From contig OZ024741.1 in assembly GCA_964016885.1 (NCBI GenBank), forward strand, positions 159,154,001-159,218,000: 64,000 nucleotides of DNA, given 5' to 3'. Positions 54,641 through 64,000 of this stretch are shown piece after piece. The translations under genes were made by a program, and so were the position numbers. Position 1 is the stretch's first letter, and each line of letters opens with the position of its first letter. This DNA comes from Eledone cirrhosa (taxonomy: Eukaryota). The notes below the pieces were generated by a model. The model searched no databases. It saw nothing but the letters and a program-made list of their open reading frames with translations, and was not told the DNA's origin.

Positions 54641-55197
54641 CAGATCGATAGATAGATAAATATGTAGATAAATAGACAGACAGACAGACTAATAGACATA
54701 TGTAGATCGGTAGAATGATAGACAGTCAGGCAGACTGGCATGCCGGTAGATAGATAGACAGATATAAGGAAAGAAGGAAGGATGAATAAACAGATAGAAA
54801 GATATAAGGACAGACACACAGACAGATAGTTATATAAGTAAATGGATAAATAGATATAAGGATAAAAAGATACATCCATATGTACAGACACATATATACA
54901 TTAGACACCCATTACAGACATACATATGTATGTACACATATACAAATAAACACACATACGTACATAAATACATACTGACATACATTACATGCATGCATAC
55001 ATATGTACATAATTAGATACAAACATACACTACATACATACATATGTACATAAATACATGGCCACGCACTGTATACATACATAAGTAAATGCCATACAAA
55101 CATACAACCAGTACTGGGGTTGGTATGATTGACAAAACTCTTGAAGACAGAACCACAGCTTTGCCACAAGTCTAATGAATGAAACCAGAAAAATAAT

Positions 55198-55983
55198 TGT
55201 TTCTACTTTTGGCACAAGGCCAGCAATTATCCCAGTGTATTACTGGTACTTTATTTTATCGACCCCATAAGGATGAAAGGCAAAGTTAACCTCGGCGGGA
55301 TTTGAACTCAGACCGTAAAGGGCCGTAACTCTTTGCTGCAAAGCATGGTGTCCGACCCTCTACCGATACTGCCAATCCACCGCCCTATAATTGTTTCTAC
55401 TTTTGGCACAAGGCCACCAATTACCCAGTGTATTACTGGTACTTTATTTTATCGACCCCGTAAAGATGAAAGGCAAAGTTAACCTCAGCGGTATTTGAAC
55501 TCAGAATGGCAAGGGCCGTAACTCTATGCGTCAAAGCATGGCGTCCGACCCTCTACCGATACTGCCAACTATAAGCACAAGGTCAACAATTTTGGGTGAG
55601 GGGAAAAAAATCGATTAAATCTACCCCAGTGCATTACTGGTGCTTTATTTTATCGACCCCCATAAGGATAAAAGGCAAAGCTAACCTCAGCGGGATTTGA
55701 ACTCAGAACGTAGAGGGCCATAACTCTATGCTGCATGCTGCAAAGCATGGTGTCTGATGCTCTACTGATTCTGCCAATCCATCGCCCTAAACCAGAAAAA
55801 TAATTGTTTCTACTTTAGGCACAAGGTCAACAATTGTTCCAGGGTATAACTGGTACTTTATTTTATCGACCCCGTAAGGATGAAAGGCAAAGTTAACCTC
55901 GGCGGGATTTGAACTCACTCCGTAAAGGGACGTAACTGTGCTGCAAAGCATGGTGTCCGACGCTCTACCGATACTGCCAATCC
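55198..55983 (-). mobile_element. Four head-to-tail SINE family B copies
   Basis: Four recurrences of the body and tRNA head; aaaccagaaaaataa duplicated around the first three. Confidence 0.9.
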
Positions 55984-58131
55984 AAAAGATGGAAAAGTAC
56001 ATTCATATATAGATTGACACATAGACAGACAAATAGATACATGCATCAACAGACACAAAGACAATCAGACAGATAGAGAGTCATAGAAAGATAGATAGAT
56101 AGACAGGCACATAACTAAACAAAAGATGTTAAAGTATAGTGTAATATTAGTAGGTGAATGGTTCAATACTAGCTCTAAGCTGTAAAATGCTCAATTAGAA
56201 TAAAAATAAGTTAAGTCTCTTTATAGCATTTGTAAAGGGCAACTGAACCATACAATGTGTCAATGACAATGCAGATAAAATCCTATTATTGGTTAGTGTT
56301 TTGACAATGACTCATGTTTAGATGCCCAACTCTTTTCATACCAACCCACCTAAAATTGCCCCTAGTTCCATAGAAAAAAAACCCACAAATTTTAAAGGGT
56401 TCCTATTTGAATTAAAATCTTTCAACATACTCTCAGGTCCAAAATAATAAGAGGGGGCTGAAATAAGTGGGGTTGTTGGAATAAGCAGGGGTATTGGATT
56501 AAGTGGGGGTGGTCGGAAAATGGGTAATTTTTCTAGGTTGTCTTTGTTGATTTTTTTAAAAACCAGAATTAGTCGTTTAGTTTACATATTGAGACACCAA
56601 CCCATCTTATATATTTCATAATATGTGAGATTTCTATTAATATACTTTTTTGTCATGTATAATGTTTTTTAAGATATAAAGTAAATTAATTGTCGCAGGG
56701 ATGCTACCACTTAAAATAAAATTTTGCCAGAGATGGATTAATAAAATTTGATAAACAGTGGGGTGGAATAAGAGTGGGAGGTTGGAAAAAATCTGAAAAA
56801 TTAATAAACGGGGGGGGGGGGGGGCATGGGGCATTATTCAAAACCTTTTGTTAAATTATGTTACAAAAACCTTCTTAATAATGAAATAATTTTGATAAAT
56901 CCCACAGAAAGGATTTATTAATGTATTAATTACAGTATATTTCATTAGAAATATGGTAACAAACACCAACACTTAGCCCTTGGGTTCCTTTAGCAGGATT
57001 TACTCAGTTGTTGCAAGGATTTGGTGTCAGGTTTCCAGTTTGAGGAGACCTTTCTCCCTTCCACCAGTGTCCCATTAGGCGATTTTGTTCCTACTTTCAC
57101 AGTGGATGCAGGCATGGTTAAATGGTTTTGATTTAAGCACAAGGCCATTTTGGGGGAGGGGAAAATCGATTAAATCAACCCCAGTGCGCGACTGGTACTT
57201 TATTTTATCGACTCCATAAGGATGAAAGGCAAAGCTAACCTCAGTGGGATTTGAACTCCGTACATATAGGGCCATAGCTATGTCATGAAGCAGGTTACCA
57301 GATGTTCTACCAATACTACCAATCCACTGTACAAATAAATACTAAAATAGTAGAAGGAACAACAAGCTAAGCTCCATAACAAAAAAAAAACAAGACTGAT
57401 GCTTTACCCTAATGGGAGGAGTTTATACTTTCATCACCTCCACAAAAATAAAGACACACAATGCTGCACACACCTCAGGAAGTGCACTAGGTGATGCAGT
57501 AGAAACTTGCATGAAATTGTCAAAGAAATAATACTAGTAATAACGAATTCTAATATTAGCACAAGGCCAGGACAATATGAACTATTAACTTCCTGTACCG
57601 TATGAAACCACATTAGCAAGACATTCTTGAAAAGTACAAAATAGTACTATGACTGCATTATTAAAAATTGAAGTCTTTAGTTTACTGCAAATCTTCAGTG
57701 ATCTGTCCACATGTAAAGATTTGAATTAACAAACCTATGTTTATATATTTCGAGGGTATTTAAAGTAACAAGCTGTTAGAGACCCTAAATGGCCCTAGGT
57801 TACTTAATTTGTACCAGTAATATGAGGAGGTTAATAGTGGACTTTTTGTTGGGAGGTAGGAACATGATGAATACATTAAAAAGCAATAAAAAGTGCCTCT
57901 CTTCCCTTGATGTCCTAAGCATGTGCTTATTTTGCTTAATGTTGAAGCCAACCCTGTTCTTACATAAAACCATGACAAGTTTTAAAGATGAATATAATCA
58001 CTTTAAGATAGTATTGTATTGTAGACTCAAGGGCAATTTCAAGCAGTTTTGTGTCAAAAGGGTTAAGATAATTAAAAATCAGAGTCAACCCTGGGTAGAT
58101 TTGAATTCAGAACCAATGAGAACAACATTAA

Positions 58132-58352
58132 CCCATTAGCATTTACATTACTCTATATCTACTATTATATTTTGATGGTAAAGGCTTTACCTCACATAAT
58201 TATCTCACATAATATTGAATCTATAAGATTTTGATATTATTTATTTTGAGAACAATACCTTAACATCAGTATGAGCAGCCAGTTATGACCAGTTTGAACA
58301 GAAAGAAGTGAGAGAACTCTGGCCAGATATAGCCGGTTTAAATGCTAACAGG
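58132..58352. mobile_element. piggyBac-like MITE (family B), inverted relative to 35023
   Basis: TTAA cccattagcattta ... taaatgctaacagg TTAA. Confidence 0.8.
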
Positions 58353-59266
58353 TTAAATACTACAAAACATTTAATTTAGCAGTGGAATGGTCAGTTTTGA
58401 TGATAAGTGTTCAAATTTTTTCATCATGAGAACAGCCTGCTCATGAAAGTAAGTAGTTGAGAATTGCACACACACATACATCTTTAACTTAATTCTTGGA
58501 GAGATTCAGCATAACACAGTGTGTGAGAAACCTGGCTCTTCGAATTACAAGTCCAGTCAATCTGAAGGGCTTCAAACAGCTTCCATCTAGCCAGTTCTAC
58601 TCATAAGGCATGGGTCAGCCCAAAGCTATGGTAAATGACACTTGCCCAAGATGCCTGCCCCACAATGGGATTGAACCTGGAACCTAATGATTGTGAAGCA
58701 AACTTCTTAACCATTTGGTCATGCTGCATCCACAGTTTAGCACTATTTGTCTAGCACATACCAATAATATAAGCAAGCGACTAATCTATAAACTACTACA
58801 GTATATAAGAATGAAAGATTAACAAATATTTACAATTATTAGCCAAAACCAAAACTAAATAATAGGTATTAATTAGTTTAGTAAACTACTATGTTTTAGT
58901 TAAATAATTAACTATATACACTCACCATTTTTGATATAAACCATCTCAAGTCATAAAATGTTGAAATATATATTATTTTTCTGGTTGGAGGGGAAAAATA
59001 GATAAATATATAATAATAAATATTATTTTTGAAAATACATACAAAAATGATATATAATAAATTCTAAATAAAATTTTTTGAATGACTTTAAAATCTCTCT
59101 GTATATAGCATCTGGCCAGTGCTGCTGCTGATATATCAGCCACAAGAAACTATGTATCATATGGTATTAGATTCAAGTGAAAAATGAAATTACATCAGTA
59201 TGAGTTCAAAATACTATTATGACCAAAATGTAATCATGTTTTTAAGCAATTCAACTATCTAGTCAC

Positions 59267-59356
<90 letters not shown>

Positions 59357-59382
59357 CAAAAGATGGTTAAAAAAGTTCCATG

Positions 59383-59454
59383 TATTTTATTATGCGCATT
59401 TTCAAAAACAAATATCATCATGCAATAACATTTGCGTTTTCGTCAGATAAAATA
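59383..59454 (-). ncRNA. Type I hammerhead, minus-strand copy (one extra A in GAAA)
   Basis: Reverse complement of 59618-59688 with GAAAATGCGCATA. Confidence 0.7.
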
Positions 59455-59617
59455 GGGAGACATGATATGAAGGTTAAAACACACTTGTGAATAGTGCAGT
59501 TTTAAATCAACATATCATGATATGTTGAATCAACATTTTAAATCAAACATATCATGATATGTTGATTTAAAACTGCACTATTCACAAGTGTGTTTTAACC
59601 TTCATATCATGTCTCCC

Positions 59618-59688
59618 TATTTTATCTGACGAAAACGCAAATGTTATTGCATGATGATATTTGTTTTTGAAATGCGCATAATAAAATA
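59618..59688 (+). ncRNA. Type I hammerhead ribozyme, canonical core
   Basis: tattttat CTGACGA aaacgcaaatgttatt gcat gatgatatttgttttt GAAA tgcgca TA ataaaata (site 59680). Confidence 0.85.
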
Positions 59689-59811
59689 CATGGAACTCTT
59701 TTAACCATCTTTTGATCTTATATATTATTTATACTCCAGTCCTACAAACTGTAGAGTGCTACTTATCCGATATCTGCATTGCTTTATTGTACTACAATAA
59801 AACTCACCTCC

Positions 59812-59876
<65 letters not shown>

Positions 59877-59949
59877 GAAAGGTATAGAAAACACTGCAGC
59901 GAGAAGCCAACAGCACTCCATAATATATAAGTGACTATAGCGTCAAAAA

Positions 59950-59992
<43 letters not shown>

Positions 59993-60353
59993 CAAGGCCA
60001 GCACTAGCATATAGGCAAACTAGGCAGCTGCCTAAGCCACTAATTTCAGGGGGCGCATTTCTCAAAAATCAACAACAATTTTGAAAAATAAATAAATAAA
60101 TAAGTTTTAGTTTTATTGAGGGTCGTTTTTTTTATCCTGGTTTATTTCATTGAGGGACAAATAAATGTTGAAAAAATGCTCAGAGAGCAGTATTTCTGTT
60201 AGCTTAACATATGTTTGATATTAGAATAGAAAAAAAGGTGAATTAACTTATAAATTCTCCCTTATTTATTTAACTGGGTGGAAGTTGTTTACCCACATCC
60301 ACACATATATACTTACACAAAACATGTGTGTGTATAATATATACATGTGTGTG

Positions 60354-60395
<42 letters not shown>

Positions 60396-60527
60396 ATGTA
60401 TATATATCATCATCGTCATTTAACATTGATGATATATATATATATACATACACACACATGTATATATATATATATCATCATCATCATCACCGTTTTACGT
60501 CCGTTCTTCCATGCTAGCATGGGTTAG

Positions 60528-60565
<38 letters not shown>

Positions 60566-60632
60566 ACACATATACATGTGTGTATATTTTTAAATATATA
60601 TATATATACATACACACACACATAAATTAAAT

Positions 60633-60683
<51 letters not shown>

Positions 60684-61231
60684 TACAATGTAAAACACTC
60701 TTTCAAGAATATATTTTATTTGTTGCTGACGTCTGAGAGAGCCAAGAACAGCTTTGTCTTTGTCAAGTAGCAGATAAATGGTAGGGAGAATAGCTGAATG
60801 GTGGTAGATGGAATGGCAGAATGATTGGCAGGGAGAATATAGATGGAATGGAAGTGATGTGGCAGGGTGGAGAAGTGGTGGTAGGGAGATTGGTAGATGC
60901 ATTAGTAAAAAAACAAACTTCACATGTAAAAGTACATTGTGAGTTGAATATAAAAAGACATGAAGAGAAGATATAGTACAGTTTATATTTGTTCTCATCA
61001 GATGGCTATATATAAAAGATTGTATCAACATATATGAAACAAATTTAGTTATATACAGTTCACAGTTCTCTTACAGAACTAAATTAACTGATAACATGAT
61101 AAAGAAATCTAAATAGAAAATGACTGTACATCATCTGTTTATATACTTGAATATTTACCATTGTGATATACATATACACACATACATACATGTTAGAAAC
61201 TGACTCTCTCTCTATTGATAAAAAATTATAA

Positions 61232-62372
61232 AACTAGAATTTTGTGCGCGCGTATGTTATGTAGATTGTACACACAAGTGTAGTGAATGTTAGACACTGT
61301 TTTCTGTAGTTTGTCATCACTCCTTCCTTCCTCAGTCATCTCTAGTGTGTAACGTCATCACCCCTTCCTTCCTCAGTCATCTCTAGTGTGTGACGCCATC
61401 ACTCCTTCCTTCCTCGGTCATCTCTAGTGTGTGACGCCATCACTCCTTCCTTCCTCGGTCATCTCTAGTGTGTGACGTCATCACCCCTTCCTTCCTCAGT
61501 CATCTCTAGAGCATGACGTCATCACCCCTCCCTTCCTCAATCATCTCTAGTGTGTAACGTCATCACCCCTTCCTTCCTCAGTCATCTCTAGAGCATGACG
61601 TCATCACCCCTCCCCTCCTCAATCATCTCTAGTGTGTGACGTCATCACTCCTTCCTTCCTCAATCATCTCTAATGTGTGACGTCATCACCCCTTCCTTCC
61701 TCAATCATCTCTAATGTGTGACGTCATCACTCCTTCCTTCCTCAATCATCTCTAGTGTGTGACGTCACCACCCCTTCCTTCCTCAATCATCTCTAATGTG
61801 TGACATCATCACCCCTTCCTTCCTCAATCATCTCTAATGTGTGACGTCATCACCCCTTCCTTCCTCAATCATCTCTAATGTGTGACGCCATCACTCCTTC
61901 CTTCCTCAATCATCTCTAGTGGGTGACGTCACCACCCCTTCCTTCCTCAATCATCTCTAATGTGTGACATCATCACCCCTTCCTTCCTCAATCATCTCTA
62001 ATGTGTGACGTCATCACCCCTTCCTTCCCCAATCATCTCTAATGTGTGACGTCATCACCCCTTCCTTCCTCAGTCATCTCTAGAGCATGACGTCATCACC
62101 CCTTCCTTCCTCAGTCATCTCTAGAGCATGATGTCATCACCCCTTCCTTCCTCAATCATCTCTAATGTGTGACATCACTCCTTCCTTCCTCAGTCATCTC
62201 TAGCGTGTAACGTCATCACCCCTTCCTTCCTCAGTCATCTCTAGTGTGTAACGTCATCACCCCTTCCTTCCTCAGTCATCTCTAGAGCATGACGTCATCA
62301 CCCCTTCCTTCCTCAATCATCTCTAGTGTGAGTCGGAAGGACGGACGGCAGTCGCTCAGATTTATATATAGT
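61232..62372 (+). mobile_element. Helentron/DINE-like non-autonomous element with an internal 41-bp array (~25 units, 61313-62330)
   Basis: Starts aactag..gtgcgcgcgtat, ends ggacggacgg..tttatatatagt; ttataaaactagaa at both 61226 and 62373. The array is certain; the family assignment is tentative. Confidence 0.55.
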
Positions 62373-62829
62373 TTATAAAACTAGAAGAACATACATACTG
62401 GGTAAAAAGGGATTTTCTGATGATAGGTTTAAGTATTTCGTGTACTACTAAGTATATATTACTAATTTATCTGGTCCCTACAACTGGACAAAAACTAAAT
62501 ATTGAAAGCAATTGAGGCCTGAGGAAGTTCGTCTTCTTAGTACAGTGGTTTAATTTTAAATTTATTTCATTATTATATTTCTTTGTAGTGTTTTAATTTT
62601 GGATTGGATTTATTTCTTGGTTATACATTTCAGGTTTTGTTGATAAGATATGAAGTATTTGGTAGTTGATATTGCCCATGGCAGACATTTTAGATCTGAG
62701 TAGTCATATTTTGTATGATGTCTATGTTGGTTTAGAGTTTTTGTACTCATTTACTTCTATTTTGTTGTTAGATGGGGGTTATGATAGAAATAATCTATTA
62801 TATATGTGTGTGTGTATTTATATCCCAAG

Positions 62830-63013
62830 CAATATCATGGGGTAACCACAGTTAAAAATGGTACTCAATACATTAGTAGAATGTAAGCATCATTATTTAA
62901 TATATAAATGGCTTCTACAGGACTAGAATTGTTTCATTCATATGAGATAATGTTGATTTCATATGAAGGAAACGGTTCTAGTCCTGAAGAGGCCATTTCT
63001 ATATTAAATAATG
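62830..63013. mobile_element. Fold-back element with a hammerhead 3' half (GAAAC-N7-GTC) on each arm
   Basis: Hairpin 62891-63013; downstream gccatt...tgtattgagtac resembles 9974-10015. Confidence 0.55.
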
Positions 63014-63173
63014 ACACAAATAAAATTAGAATTTTATTTCTCGCCCTAGCACAGCTGATACATAACTGTAAGTATGCATATGTACACACATATATATACA
63101 CACAGACACACACACACACACACATACACATTTATTTATATATATATATATATACACACACACACATATATAC

Positions 63174-63680
63174 ATATGTATATATGGGCTATATCGAACA
63201 TTAATAATATTCAATTCGTTTGTAAACAAAAGGCCCGATTAAAGCTGTGCCGTGCAGATGACAAATTGTCATCCGTTTGTTTGGCATTGAGGAACAATCA
63301 ACATGCTTCTGGGTCATTACCCTTCATCAGGTCTGTATATCTCTGCCAATCTGTTGAACAGTTGAAAATATATAGTATTTTCTTAAATACACATCGGCTG
63401 AGTAGCCTCATTTGCATACTGAGCGAATTACGGCTGGCCGTGCCAAAAACTAATAATGAAATTAGAATATTACATATGTTCAATTGTTCAACAGATTGGC
63501 AGAAGTATACATACCTGATGAAGGGTAATGACCCAGAAACATGTTGATTGTTCCTCAATGCCAGTGTTGAATAAATGGATGACAATTTGTCATTGGCTCG
63601 GCACGGTTTTAATTGGGCCATTTGTTTATAAACGAATCAAATATTATTATTAATGTTCAATATAACCCATACATACATAT
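63174..63680. mobile_element. Older ~500-bp fold-back element with a minimal hammerhead on each arm (+ 63510-63550; - 63295-63335)
   Basis: CTGATGA a gggt aatg accc a GAAAC at GTT on plus; the minus arm has GAAGC; ~210-bp imperfect arms. Confidence 0.75.
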
Positions 63681-63701
63681 GTATATAAGTTTGTGTGTGT
63701 G

Positions 63702-63732
<31 letters not shown>

Positions 63733-63734
63733 GC

Positions 63735-63892
63735 TATGTAATAAACAATATAAGACAATTATTCCATTTCGAGCTCGTCTGTCTTTGTGAAACCTTTGGT
63801 AAATGGAATAATTGTCTTATGTTGTTTATTACATAAGCAAATAGCTCTGTAGCTTACATAGAGCACTCTCCTTTCCTACGGAAACACTTGAT
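63735..63892 (+). mobile_element. Fold-back element with hammerhead 3' half GAAACCTTTGGTA (relative of 28700-28900)
   Basis: Arms at 63735-63769 and 63801-63835. Confidence 0.65.
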
Positions 63893-64000
63893 ATATATAT
63901 ATATGTGGCGGTGCACCAGCATGACCTCAGTCTGTCAACTGGCACACTTAATAGAGTAATATATATCAGTATTAAATATAGAACCGATAGGCCCATCTTT

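Larger units (their letters stand above)
59352..59815. mobile_element. Young fold-back element with near-perfect ~175-bp arms in (TA)n, one hammerhead per strand
   Basis: 59352-59528 is the inverse of ~59547-59720; unique 3' extension to 59815. Confidence 0.85.

Noticed and set aside
59110-59154. Possible 45-nt plus-strand exon (HLASAAADISATRNY); similar weak candidates near 7400 and 17700
   Set aside because: Only generic AG/GT signals and no phase-compatible partner
59992-60290. hAT-like terminus (caaggccagc...taggcaaactaggc)
   Set aside because: No matching second TIR or TSD found
62984-62994. ctgaagaggcc as a hammerhead 5' core
   Set aside because: No closing stem II or GAAA downstream; better read as sequence following the GAAAC..GTC half
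63233-63621. Similar peptides on opposite strands (LRNNQH.SGSLPFIR)
   Set aside because: A consequence of the inverted repeat, not coding

Overview
AT-rich, microsatellite-laden eukaryotic non-coding DNA. The SINE families, RTE LINE remnants and (TA)n/(CA)n tracts look like a cephalopod (octopus-type) genome; that assignment is an inference. No intact protein-coding gene is visible, and nearly all ORF-track entries are simple-repeat artefacts. Recognisable coding remnants are decayed non-LTR retrotransposons: several RTE fragments, one Hero/R2-type RT at 18.6-20.3 kb and one CRE-type endonuclease at 40.5-40.9 kb. Other repeats are two tRNA-derived SINE groups, piggyBac-like and Tc1/mariner-like MITEs, a Helentron/DINE-like element with a 41-bp array, and a 5.7-kb satellite (35-bp constant unit plus variable (AAC)n) with a 1425-bp higher-order period. 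The main hidden signal is a set of small non-coding fold-back or terminally redundant elements, mostly in (TA)n tracts. They carry type I hammerhead ribozyme motifs of the Penelope/retrozyme kind. By manual folding there are canonical cores (30915, 59618), a U3-A8 compensated core (32309), a U4A core in a 402-bp terminally redundant unit (31968), and back-to-back ribozymes on both strands (9863, 59352, 63174). Three fold-backs have an inverted arm ending at the predicted cleavage site. Two weak candidate exons of a minus-strand host gene lie at 4.4-5.8 kb. All structures were folded by eye.
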